Source: a virus (taxonomy: Duplodnaviria; Caudoviricetes). Taken from it: 25,944 bases of DNA. Below, one piece after another: positions 1 to 9,557 of the stretch. Location: IMG/VR virus record IMGVR_UViG_3300025103_000138, positions 1-25,944 of that record; one strand, written 5' to 3'. The notes under the pieces are model-generated. The model was not told where the DNA came from and searched no databases. It saw only the letters and a list, made by a program, of their open reading frames with translations. The first letter of the stretch is position 1; each line of letters opens with the position of its first letter. The position numbers were made by a program, and so were the translations under genes.

Positions 1-2
1 CC

Positions 3-251
3 TTTACTCGACGTATCATTGCATTCATCTGTGTAGGTTGTATTGTTATTATCCCGTTTGCTGCGCCATTCTTTGATATTCCAGTTGTCGTATCGGTAAC
101 AGAAAAGGGTGAGTGGTGGATTCCATTTATCTGGGAACAGGCGGATAAAGTACTTTGGAAAAGCATAGATGGAATTGCACTAGCCCCTGCATATATACAT
201 ACGTTAGCTGCTATCGTTAGTTTTTATTTTGGTTCTAGTGCGGCTAGATAA
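3..251 (+). CDS. 3' part of a phage membrane protein (holin-like), truncated at window start
   Basis: Not in the ORF track. Manual translation of frame 3 is open from the window edge to TAA at 249-251: FTRRIIAFICVGCIVIIPFAAPFF...TLAAIVSFYFGSSAAR. It has two hydrophobic segments and a C-terminal FYFGSS motif typical of phage holin-like/membrane proteins. Confidence 0.65.
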   Translation, partial: FTRRIIAFICVGCIVIIPFAAPFFDIPVVVSVTEKGEWWIPFIWEQADKVLWKSIDGIALAPAYIHTLAAIVSFYFGSSAAR

Positions 252-268
252 TTAAAGAAGGAAAAGGA

Positions 269-2305
269 ATGCCTATTAAAGTTATAGACGGAATACAATA
301 CAATCTTGAGGGACCAAACGATAGGCCTTCTTCAGGAAACCGTATCGGCCCTGTATCTGGATCTACCTCCAACTACTCTACACAAACGACAAATCCCTAC
401 GATGTAGATTTATTTACTTCACCTATACTTACAGAAGAAGATGTAAAGAACTTAGGTGCAGGAAAAGTAGGAAAAGGCTTTACTCCCATTATTGAATCTG
501 GAAATTGGGGAGGAGATATGTCTGCTGGTGAGCAATGGGCGGTATCTGATAAACTTGGTCGTATTTCTAATAAGCCTTTTGGAAAAAAGATTTTTAATTC
601 TAAAGCAGAAGCAGAAAGTTTTGTTGCTGATTTACAAGCCAGGAAAGCAATAGAAAGTGGCTTTACAGGAGGAGGAGGAGGAGCATACGGAGGAGGTCCA
701 ACGTATATCTTTCCTGGGTATAATCCTACTGAATTTGAAGGAGGGGCTGAACAAGTACGAAGAGCAGAAGCAGAAGGGCGACTAGGTATTCCCGCTCTTC
801 CAACTGTACCTGAAATGAGAATAGCGCCTAACATGGCAACAAGAACAAACAAAGAGCTTATTTCAGAAGAAGGTTTGCAAGTACCTCAACAAGAAGCACT
901 TACCGCTGAACAAGCAAGAACAGATACAGGAGCTATTGCAGACAGACCGTCAGATACTCGACCTACTTTAGGTCAGTATGATGCAAAAGCTATAGATGAT
1001 ATTGGAGTATCAGAAGCTGCTCAAATTGAAGGTGGTCCTTCGGCTATTGTAGAAGCAGCACAGGGAAACCTAGATAATAAATTAGCTATTGCAGCTACTT
1101 CCGAAATGGATGAAAGGGCTACTGTACAGTTTCAATTAGGAGAACTTGGTAAAACAATTCAGACCGGTCAACCACTACCTGCTTGGGCTTCTGGTGCAGC
1201 AAGGGCTGCTGATGCATTTGCATTAAAAAGAGGGCTTGGTTCCTCTTCTATGGCTGTTCATGCTCGTACCCTAGCACTACAAGAATCTGGAATTGACATA
1301 GCTAAAGCAGATGCAGAATCTTATAGGCGTCTTCAAGAATTAAATCTTTCTAATAGACAACAGGCAGTGATAACGAATGCAAATAATCTTGCTTCCTTGG
1401 AAACAAAGAATTTGGATTCAAGGCTTTCTGCTTCTGTTAATAATGCTAAGAATACTTTAGATATCGATATAGGAAATTTAAATAATAGACAAAGAACATC
1501 AGAATTAAACTATAGAGAGTTTACTCAAAAACTATTTACAGATGCTGCTGCTAAAAATGCAGAAAAACAATTCAATGCTAAAAGTAAAAATGATGTTGAC
1601 ATGTTTTTTGCTAATCTAGATACATCAGTATCAAATGCCAATGCTAATAGAGTAGAAGCAATAGAACGAGATAATGCTAGACAAAGAAACTCTATGATTG
1701 AATTTTTTCAAGCTCAGAAACTATCAAGAGAAACTTTTAATATAAATACAAGTGCTAACATTAGAGCAGCTAATTCTAAATGGTATCAATCTGTAGCTAC
1801 AATTCAAAACTCAAATCAGATGCTGGCTAACTCTTATGCTGCTCAATCAGAACTAGGATTACGAAGTATGGAGTATAGTGCTTTATGGCAAAAACGTAGA
1901 GACGATGCTCAGATGTTATATGAATCTACAGAAAAGGATTTAGATCGTGTAGCACAGGCCGCCGCACTTGCACAACAATCAGCTATAGCAATGTCTGCTC
2001 AAAAAGGTGCTAAATCTGCCGCTATGATGAAGACAATTGGGAGTATAGCAGGTGCAGCTATAGCAGCTTGTTGGGTAGCTAGAGAAGTTTATGGTAATGA
2101 TGCTCAAGAAGTATATAGATTTCGCTGGTGGTTAGAAAGAGAAGCACCTAAATGGTTTAATCGTTTGTATAAAAAACGAGGAGAAAAGTTTGCTTTCTTT
2201 ATTAAAGATAAACCTATCCTTAAGAAGTTAATTAAAATATGGATGGATACAAAAGTTAAAAGGGTTGAAAAAACATGGCAACTGAACAGACTGAAGCTGG
2301 CCTAA
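269..2305 (+). CDS. Probable internal virion (ejection) protein with C-terminal CWVAREVYG (CFI-box-CTERM-like) module
   Basis: 678 aa with SD-like AAGGA upstream. Low-complexity N-terminus, N/Q/A-rich coiled-coil centre, glycine-zipper IGSIAGAAIAA, then a basic CWVAREVYG...FRWWL...LY...GEKFA domain. Lies just upstream of other ejection-like genes. Confidence 0.6.
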   Translation: MPIKVIDGIQYNLEGPNDRPSSGNRIGPVSGSTSNYSTQTTNPYDVDLFTSPILTEEDVKNLGAGKVGKGFTPIIESGNWGGDMSAGEQWAVSDKLGRISNKPFGKKIFNSKAEAESFVADLQARKAIESGFTGGGGGAYGGGPTYIFPGYNPTEFEGGAEQVRRAEAEGRLGIPALPTVPEMRIAPNMATRTNKELISEEGLQVPQQEALTAEQARTDTGAIADRPSDTRPTLGQYDAKAIDDIGVSEAAQIEGGPSAIVEAAQGNLDNKLAIAATSEMDERATVQFQLGELGKTIQTGQPLPAWASGAARAADAFALKRGLGSSSMAVHARTLALQESGIDIAKADAESYRRLQELNLSNRQQAVITNANNLASLETKNLDSRLSASVNNAKNTLDIDIGNLNNRQRTSELNYREFTQKLFTDAAAKNAEKQFNAKSKNDVDMFFANLDTSVSNANANRVEAIERDNARQRNSMIEFFQAQKLSRETFNINTSANIRAANSKWYQSVATIQNSNQMLANSYAAQSELGLRSMEYSALWQKRRDDAQMLYESTEKDLDRVAQAAALAQQSAIAMSAQKGAKSAAMMKTIGSIAGAAIAACWVAREVYGNDAQEVYRFRWWLEREAPKWFNRLYKKRGEKFAFFIKDKPILKKLIKIWMDTKVKRVEKTWQLNRLKLA

Positions 2306-3096
2306 CTCAAAACGGGTTCATACAACAGGATAAAAAAGAGGCGCAAGAAGAAGGCGGCGCTTCTTTTAAAAGTATGGCTAGTGAAGAGATGAACGAAGTA
2401 TACGCCCTTGTCTTTTCTCGTTTTGAAAGAGGGATGGAAGAGGTTCAACAGCTAGTAGAACAAGATACAAAAGACATAAAAGATTTTAAAAGTAAACAGC
2501 TTCCTTTCGATCCTGATGAAAAAGCTTTGACTGAGATGGATAAGCTTTTGGGAAGCGAAGAAGATAATAGAGCCGCTTTTACCGCTAGCATACCAGGAGG
2601 AAGTCTAACTGGTAAATTAAAGGATGAAGAAAAAGGAACTTTAGGTGCATACCCTTGGGAGAATCCTGCTGTTTATGATACTCCTACTGATGCTTTCGGT
2701 TATATTTTAGAATCCATTGAAGGGAAAAAAGAAGATATTCATTCTGTTTTGTATGCTGGCGTACCAGCAGAGAGCATAGCGAGAGCTATAACTTTTCTTG
2801 GATATACGGAAGGATTATTTTCTGTAGATATTAGTGAGCTATTAGTTATTCCTCTCATGTTTAATCTGGTAGCAGATGCTCAAGAACAGGGAGTAACTGC
2901 TAGAATCTTTAATGATGTTGATGAAGATGAAATTAATCCACAATCAGCACTAGATATAATGGAAGATTTAAAACCAGAGGAATATGCTAGTCTTATGGAA
3001 GATGCTACTAGGCAAGCTGAAGAAGAAAATATGGTCTTGGATGAATTGAAACAAGACCCGGTAATTGGAAGTTTCCTTAGTATGGGAGAACAGTAA
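2275..3096 (+). CDS. Conserved acidic phage virion protein
   Basis: 273 aa, very acidic. IPGGSLTG...YPWENPA motif resembles virion-module proteins I recall from marine podoviruses. Overlaps the upstream gene. Confidence 0.55.
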   Translation: MATEQTEAGLTQNGFIQQDKKEAQEEGGASFKSMASEEMNEVYALVFSRFERGMEEVQQLVEQDTKDIKDFKSKQLPFDPDEKALTEMDKLLGSEEDNRAAFTASIPGGSLTGKLKDEEKGTLGAYPWENPAVYDTPTDAFGYILESIEGKKEDIHSVLYAGVPAESIARAITFLGYTEGLFSVDISELLVIPLMFNLVADAQEQGVTARIFNDVDEDEINPQSALDIMEDLKPEEYASLMEDATRQAEEENMVLDELKQDPVIGSFLSMGEQ

Positions 3097-4133
3097 TGGC
3101 AGATGTAGGTAGTTTTTTAGAAGGATTAAGTGAAGGACTAGCGCCTTGGGCAGAAGCACAGGCTAGGCATAAATATGCTAGAGATGAACGGGTAGCAGCA
3201 GCAGCTTTTGTTAAGGCTAAAAATGCGAAGATAATTGAAGGCAACGCAGAATTACTAGCAGACAGGTTTTCTGGGTCTGAAGAACAAGGAGAATCGTGGA
3301 ATGCAGTAAAAAGTGGCCTTATTAGATATGCTAATCATAATCCCGCTTTTCTAACTAACATACGAAAAGATATAGCAAAAGGAGCAAGGTATACTTGGGC
3401 AGATAAGGGACCACCAGGAAGTACTAATATTTTAGATAATTTGTGGCGTTCAGGCGGCCTAAGTGAAGCAGAAAAAAAAGAAAAAAGGACAATAACAGAT
3501 GCTGTAGATGCTTACGGAACAATAAATGATTGGGTAATTGCTAATCCTAATAAACCTTTACCAGATATTTATAATCTTTTAATAAAAACAGAATTACAAA
3601 GAGAAGGTATACAAGAAAAACCTACAGGAGAACAACGAAGAAAAGCTAGAGATGCAGCTATGTATAAAATAACTGCATATATGTCATTTTTTGATAAACA
3701 AAATAAATTCTCTTTACAAAGAGCATTAACTCATAAAAATTCTCTTGATGGTAGAATACAAAAACAAGATGCATCTTACGATCTTTTAAAGACAATATCT
3801 GGTGTAGGAAGTTCTTCTGGTGATAGAGCAGAAGCAGCAGCAGGAGCATATGGTACAGGAGAACAAGAAAGTGGATGGTCTAATTTGTGGGGATTATTTG
3901 ATGATGATGAACCTACTTCTTTACAAGACTTGAACCTTAACCAAGGTCAACAAGCTTCTATAAATAGTCTTGTATCACAAATAAAAGAAAAAGGACCGGG
4001 GTGGAAACCTACTGCGGCATCAAAAAAACTAATTATAGATAATTTCCTTGACCAAGATAATTTTAATACGTTACCAGATGAGAGAAGAGAAGCTATACAA
4101 GAACTTTTACAAGCAGCTTTAGCTAATGGCTGA
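3096..4133 (+). CDS. Hypothetical protein, probable internal virion protein
   Basis: 345 aa, TAATG-coupled to the upstream gene. N-terminal GSFLEGLSEGL glycine pattern is common in ejection proteins. Lies immediately before the giant virion protein. Confidence 0.5.
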   Translation: MADVGSFLEGLSEGLAPWAEAQARHKYARDERVAAAAFVKAKNAKIIEGNAELLADRFSGSEEQGESWNAVKSGLIRYANHNPAFLTNIRKDIAKGARYTWADKGPPGSTNILDNLWRSGGLSEAEKKEKRTITDAVDAYGTINDWVIANPNKPLPDIYNLLIKTELQREGIQEKPTGEQRRKARDAAMYKITAYMSFFDKQNKFSLQRALTHKNSLDGRIQKQDASYDLLKTISGVGSSSGDRAEAAAGAYGTGEQESGWSNLWGLFDDDEPTSLQDLNLNQGQQASINSLVSQIKEKGPGWKPTAASKKLIIDNFLDQDNFNTLPDERREAIQELLQAALANG

Positions 4134-7100
4134 ATTTAACCTTAATACTTTTCTTCAAGATAATAGTATACAACTAGAAGATACAGAAAATGTAGCTCCT
4201 AGTCTGTCTACTGGTTTTGATTTAAATACCTTCCTAGAAAATAATTCTATAACCACTATAGAACAAGAAGCAGATGAGTATACAGAGTCTGAAGCGTATG
4301 CTCATGCCGCATGGTTAGGCTTGTCTGATACAGGCAGAGGTGTGCTTCAATTCATGGGCATAGCTGAAGAAGGTATGCAGGAAGATAAGGCAATACTCAA
4401 GGCTCTTGAGAAAAAATATGGGTCTGGTATTACTGCTACCTATATAGGAGGGATGATTGCTGATCCTGTAGGCTGGGTTGTTCCTGTAGCTAAAGCTAGG
4501 ACAGTAGGTAAGCTTGCTTGGGAAGGTGCTAAGTGGGGTGGCTTGGCTGGTGGTCTTGGTTATGTGGATGAAGAAGAAGGACAAACAAGGTTGCGTAACT
4601 TTGGTATGGGAGTGGCGACAGGTGCAGTTGCCGCTCCCGTTTTTGGTAAAGCTATACAAGGTGCAGGAAAAATTAAAGACCTTGTAATGAACAAGAATGC
4701 GGATGAAATCTTTGATAATCCTGTAGCAGCCCTAGCAGAAATTGGTGAAGCCCCTTCTTCGATGGCACAGAATATTAAAAGTGCCTATATAAAACCATTT
4801 CAAAGAGGAGACAGTTCAGATAAGGATAGAACAAACTGGGCGCATAGAGTAGTCTTCTCTAATCCCGGTGTCTTTCTTGGTGGTGCAACAGGTGGTGCAT
4901 TAGGTGGCGCTCAACAAGAACATGATAGTCCTGCTGCAAATATCTTTGGATGGACAGTAGCCGGTGCTGCTATGGGAGCTACTGGATTTAGAGCAGTAGG
5001 CGCTATAGGACCAGGACAATCTACTAATACTTTCTTAGGTAGAATGGCTAAAGGAGAAGGTGGTATTGCAGACTATATGGGTAATGCCTTCATAGAAAAT
5101 CATGGATTAAAAACTAAGTTCGCTGATGTAATAAAAATGAAAGAAGATAATTTTGCTGATGCTAACAATATAGGGTATCAATTCCTGGATATAGCAGCAC
5201 AAATGCAGAAGCTATCCAAAGAAGAAAATCAATTGCTCTATCAGTTTTTAGATGGCAGACTAGGAAAAACTGATCTTACTCCTGATCTTTTAACCATAGG
5301 AGAAGAAAGTCGTAAGGCTATAACAGCAGCGGGGCAGCGCCTTGTAGACGTAGGTGCTTTAGATAAGAATGTTTGGGAAAGTAATATAAAGAAATATATA
5401 CATAGGTCATATCTTAAACATCTTCCAGAAGGAGCAAGACCTTCTGCTTTTAGACAGATATGGGCTAATGATAATGTACGCCTCATGGCAGATGAGTTGC
5501 GTATGAGAGGGAAGGTACAAGAATTTGTAAGACCTAAAGAAGGTGTAGATGCTTGGAGAAAAGAAAAAGCAGCAGAAGGTTGGGAGTTTTTAAAAGGAAC
5601 AGCAAAAGAAAAAAGAAAGGATGCCTTTAGATACGACTACACTCTAGAACAAAGGGCAGAGATGGGGGAGATTGAACATGCTGCCTTTGCAATGCTGGAA
5701 ACAGGTAAGCTGTATAATAATGATATAGCTGCTCTTGGTTTATACAACGATGTATTTAAAGCACATGCTAGGATAGATGCTAAAGGTATTAAAGCATTAG
5801 ATAAAGAAGCAAATAAAATGCTTAATAATGGAAGATTTCCAGATGAAGATGCCAGAAATGCATGGGTAAAAGAAAGAACTCCTGAACAAGCATTAGCTGT
5901 AGATGAAGAAGAAATTTTAAGGCTGGGATTAAGACAGGTTCCAGAGACTAAACTTAAAGGATCAAAGATTAATCTTTTTGGTAAACTTTCTGGGTCTTAT
6001 ATTCCAAAAGAAATATATGATGATCTAATTGCTTTTAAAAATACTGTAAGTAAATATGATGAAGGAAGTGCATTAAGTAAAACATCAAGAAAATTATTTC
6101 AGACGTATCGACTAGGTAATCAAATGTGGAAGAGGTCAAAGACTTCTTGGAACCCTACCGTACACACTAATAACATAATGAGTAATATGATCCTTATGGA
6201 TTTATTAGATGTTCCATATAAGTATTTAAATGTAGGGAGACATGTGTTTACTAAGAAAGGTAGGGAGCTTTTAAATTCTAAGTATGATAATCTGTATAGT
6301 GACTTAACAAAACATGGTGTGTTGGATCAAGGTCTTGCCACAAAAGAATTAGGATTTGCTAGCAACCAATGGGCGGATGCATACCAAGATAAAATATTAA
6401 AAGGAATAAATTCTCCTGAAGAAATAGTTGAAGGTTCCGCCCGTATAGCAAACAAAATATATAAGCAGGTTAGAAATCCTTTAAATCCAGTTAAAAAGGG
6501 ATTAAAAAAACTAGATGATTCCGCAACAAGCATCTATCAAAAAGAAGACCAGATGTTTAGAATAGCTTTATATAAGCACCGGCTAGATGAAGGCATGAAG
6601 AAAATGTCTTCCACAATAGGAAGCCCAGAGTACAGCAAAGAACTAGAACTTTTAAAAAGGAATGCGGCTAAACAAGCTAAGAGAGGCTTCATTGATTATG
6701 ATATACAGGCACCAGGAATAAAGGTTTTAAGGGAAACTTTTAATCCCTTCATCTCTTACACCTATCGTGTAATTCCTTTGCTTGCAGAAGCAGCAACGCT
6801 AAGACCTATGAAGTTTGCTAAGTGGGCTGCTATAGGTTATGGACTAAACTTTGTAGGTAGAGAATTATCAGAGAGTAATGAAGAAGCTGAACGTGGGATG
6901 ATGAGTTCCCAAGCATTACAACATATGTTTGGTGTTCCTTTCATGCCTTATACTACGATTAAAATGCCTGATAGGGTAGGCAAACTGTTTACTATGGGGT
7001 TTGATGAAGACCCACTAACAGGAAAGAAGTTTCCTAACAGATCAACGTATCTTAATACAAGTAGATGGATTCCTGGTGGAGATGTTTTAGGTTTAACAGG

Positions 7101-9117
7101 ACAAGCAGGTGCAGAAGGAATGCGTATCCCAGGATTACCGGCACCTCTTCAACCTTCTGGTGGTCTAATGGGAGATATCTTCTTCAGTCTTGTAATGGGA
7201 CAAGATGCATTTACTGGAAAGAAAATTAATTCAGTACAAGAAGGAGAAGCATCTGCTTTAATGGCAAGATCAAAACATCTTCTAAGAAAACTAACACCAA
7301 ACAATCCTTTGATTGGAGACTTTGGTTTATTTCCTGATGAACAATCTTTCAGGTCTTATTCACAAAGGAAAATTATTCGGGCATTAAATTCTGGAGAAGC
7401 AAGAGGAAGGCTACCAGGAAGGCATGATCTACCTGTATTGCAAGCTGTAGCACAGACGATAGGTATAAAGATGCATCCTTTTGAACCTCGTGTAGAAGAA
7501 CAGCTAAGGACTTTTGAATACAAGAATAAAGTTTCTAGGTTTAAGTCTGAAGCCAGAAGGATACAGAGGCAAGTGTATAGCGGCGTTATGTCCAGTGAAG
7601 ATGGCGCTAACGAAATCGATGAACTACAGCAAGAGCTTGAAGAAGTGCTATTCAGATATCGAAAGATGAGTAAGAGTGCCTCTAAGGCCAAAGGGTATAA
7701 GAGTGGTGGGGTTATAGAAGAAGTCGAAGCAGGAGAGGAACCATCAGGTAGAGACTTAGCCATCCAGATGGCAGAACTGGAAGGAGAATATGGGCCTCAT
7801 CAATGGGGTGGATGGAAAGGTGGATCAACAGAAGAAGAAGAAGAAGAAGAAGGCCCATCTTTAGCACACAGAGATTTAGCTACCCAGATGGCAGAACTGG
7901 AAGGTCAGATATCTGGTGTAACTCCTGGTGCATCTAGAACTTCCGGTATGTCGGAAGAAGAAACACTTGTAGCAGAAGTACTTCCCGGTACAGGTACAGC
8001 TTTGGACATAGGATACTTGTCTGAAAGTATTGAAGAAGGAGATGCTTGGGATATAGGGGTGTACTCTTTAATTTTAGCAGCCGGTCTAATTCCTAGTATG
8101 GGTCTAGCTAAACCAATAATTAAAAAAGGAGCTAGTAAACTTAAAGCAGCTATAAAAAATAATGATGAACTTGCACAAGAAGTTTCCAAAGTTGTTGATG
8201 AAGTTGGAGAAACTAAACAACTTGTAAACCCACTAGAATCAATAGACATACCACAGAATACAGTTCCTGCTTATAAACTATTTCGTACCAAACGTAGGAC
8301 AGAAGAGATGTTTCCCTTATTTGTTAGAACAGATGAAGGAGTTCCAGTTGGTATATGGACAGATGCACAAGTAGGAACATTAACAAAAGCAGGGAAAGTG
8401 GTATCAAAGATTGGTGATCTTGCTTATCGTCCTGGTTGGCACGCTGGAGACTACATTTCTGCTACGCATATTGGAGGTAAAGCCACAAAGGGTCCAACCA
8501 AAAAGACATTACAAAAACAAGCAAATACTTTGTTTAAAGAAGGAAAGTTTCCAAATACTAAAGCCAGAGATGCATGGGTAGAAGAAAGACTTTCAAGAGT
8601 TGATTATCGAAAAGCAGATGAAGTATGGGCAGAAGTTGAAATGCCAAACGATTTTGATTGGCAATCAACGGCAAATAGTAGAGCTTCTATTGTTAAGGAG
8701 GGTCCAAGAAAAGGATTGATTAATGTTGCTGAAGCACATATAACAGATCAAATACCAAAGGGAGGATTTTATCGTTACAAAACTAATCCTAATATGGAAG
8801 GAAACTGGCTAATTGGTGGATCAATGAAGGTTAACAAGAGGTTAAGTCCTGAAGAATCAATAGCAATACAAAAAGCCACGGGTATTTTTGATCTCCCTCA
8901 TTTACCAGAATTGATAAAGCAAAAAGGATTAACTTTAGATAAACTTACTGGTACAGCAGTAAAAGAATTGAAGACTTACTATCCAGAAACACTAAAAGAA
9001 GTACTTGAAGAATGGGTTAAACTAAACTCTAAAGTAAAAGTAGGTGAATTAGAAAAACATTTTTCAAAAGAAGTATCAAGAGTAGTTAAAAGGTTTATAA
9101 AAGAAAGGGCTAACTAA
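4126..9117 (+). CDS. Large internal virion/ejection protein (T7 gp16-like position) with appended C-terminal accessory domains
   Basis: 1663 aa. N-terminal F-x-L-N-T-F-L repeats, glycine-zipper hydrophobic segments and a long helical body. After YKSGGV come an acidic linker, a pre-toxin-TG-like segment and a globular domain (AYKLF...RPGWH...WAEVE). Confidence 0.65.
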   Translation: MAEFNLNTFLQDNSIQLEDTENVAPSLSTGFDLNTFLENNSITTIEQEADEYTESEAYAHAAWLGLSDTGRGVLQFMGIAEEGMQEDKAILKALEKKYGSGITATYIGGMIADPVGWVVPVAKARTVGKLAWEGAKWGGLAGGLGYVDEEEGQTRLRNFGMGVATGAVAAPVFGKAIQGAGKIKDLVMNKNADEIFDNPVAALAEIGEAPSSMAQNIKSAYIKPFQRGDSSDKDRTNWAHRVVFSNPGVFLGGATGGALGGAQQEHDSPAANIFGWTVAGAAMGATGFRAVGAIGPGQSTNTFLGRMAKGEGGIADYMGNAFIENHGLKTKFADVIKMKEDNFADANNIGYQFLDIAAQMQKLSKEENQLLYQFLDGRLGKTDLTPDLLTIGEESRKAITAAGQRLVDVGALDKNVWESNIKKYIHRSYLKHLPEGARPSAFRQIWANDNVRLMADELRMRGKVQEFVRPKEGVDAWRKEKAAEGWEFLKGTAKEKRKDAFRYDYTLEQRAEMGEIEHAAFAMLETGKLYNNDIAALGLYNDVFKAHARIDAKGIKALDKEANKMLNNGRFPDEDARNAWVKERTPEQALAVDEEEILRLGLRQVPETKLKGSKINLFGKLSGSYIPKEIYDDLIAFKNTVSKYDEGSALSKTSRKLFQTYRLGNQMWKRSKTSWNPTVHTNNIMSNMILMDLLDVPYKYLNVGRHVFTKKGRELLNSKYDNLYSDLTKHGVLDQGLATKELGFASNQWADAYQDKILKGINSPEEIVEGSARIANKIYKQVRNPLNPVKKGLKKLDDSATSIYQKEDQMFRIALYKHRLDEGMKKMSSTIGSPEYSKELELLKRNAAKQAKRGFIDYDIQAPGIKVLRETFNPFISYTYRVIPLLAEAATLRPMKFAKWAAIGYGLNFVGRELSESNEEAERGMMSSQALQHMFGVPFMPYTTIKMPDRVGKLFTMGFDEDPLTGKKFPNRSTYLNTSRWIPGGDVLGLTGQAGAEGMRIPGLPAPLQPSGGLMGDIFFSLVMGQDAFTGKKINSVQEGEASALMARSKHLLRKLTPNNPLIGDFGLFPDEQSFRSYSQRKIIRALNSGEARGRLPGRHDLPVLQAVAQTIGIKMHPFEPRVEEQLRTFEYKNKVSRFKSEARRIQRQVYSGVMSSEDGANEIDELQQELEEVLFRYRKMSKSASKAKGYKSGGVIEEVEAGEEPSGRDLAIQMAELEGEYGPHQWGGWKGGSTEEEEEEEGPSLAHRDLATQMAELEGQISGVTPGASRTSGMSEEETLVAEVLPGTGTALDIGYLSESIEEGDAWDIGVYSLILAAGLIPSMGLAKPIIKKGASKLKAAIKNNDELAQEVSKVVDEVGETKQLVNPLESIDIPQNTVPAYKLFRTKRRTEEMFPLFVRTDEGVPVGIWTDAQVGTLTKAGKVVSKIGDLAYRPGWHAGDYISATHIGGKATKGPTKKTLQKQANTLFKEGKFPNTKARDAWVEERLSRVDYRKADEVWAEVEMPNDFDWQSTANSRASIVKEGPRKGLINVAEAHITDQIPKGGFYRYKTNPNMEGNWLIGGSMKVNKRLSPEESIAIQKATGIFDLPHLPELIKQKGLTLDKLTGTAVKELKTYYPETLKEVLEEWVKLNSKVKVGELEKHFSKEVSRVVKRFIKERAN
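4135..4251 (+). repeat. Intragenic peptide repeat FNLNTFLQDNSI / FDLNTFLENNSI
   Basis: Residues 4-15 and 31-42 of the 1663-aa protein. Confidence 0.8.
7750..7904 (+). repeat. 35-bp direct repeat (period 120 bp) encoding RDLA(I/T)QMAELEG
   Basis: 7750-7784 and 7870-7904 match at 32/35 nt. A (GAA)7 run lies between them at 7831-7851. Confidence 0.9.
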
Positions 9118-9557
9118 TGGCAACACCATCAACACCAACACAAGTAAGTAATATCTTTAAAGCATTAGGATTAAACACAGTATATGCAAGAGGCACCTTT
9201 GATCCTAGAAATGTTAGTAGTCTTCACAAAAGAGCAATGACAGCCGCCCAATTTAGAGGAGAGAATGTAGCCTTTCGTATGAAAGATATAGCCGGTGCCA
9301 GAAAAGCAAACGTATCTATTCCCGATCTTTCAAAAGCACCTAGTTCAACAGGTAAGTCAATGATCAGTTCTAAATTAGCAAAGGCACTGATGGATAAAAT
9401 ATTCGAGCCGTCTTCTTTAGATACCGCAATGAAAGATGCTAACATAAATCAAATGGATATGTCGGAAAGCGATATGGAATTTAGTCCATCAGGAGGGTCT
9501 GGTAGCACACCATTATTTGGAGCAGGTGGAACAACAGGAACCTTGGGTGGAATGTAA
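9117..9557 (+). CDS. Hypothetical protein
   Basis: 146 aa, TAATG-coupled to the giant gene, with a G/S-rich C-terminus. Confidence 0.6.
   Translation: MATPSTPTQVSNIFKALGLNTVYARGTFDPRNVSSLHKRAMTAAQFRGENVAFRMKDIAGARKANVSIPDLSKAPSSTGKSMISSKLAKALMDKIFEPSSLDTAMKDANINQMDMSESDMEFSPSGGSGSTPLFGAGGTTGTLGGM

Noticed and set aside
668-682. (GGA)5 run, and the TGACCAAGG duplication at 23881-23898
   Set aside because: These are short coding repeats (poly-Gly; PWSPWS) with no sign of a separate function.
397-9445. Minus-strand ORFs inside the + arm (397-852, 4315-4659, 7356-7763, 7905-8249 and others)
   Set aside because: They are antisense shadows of long genes, with no SD or recognisable motifs.
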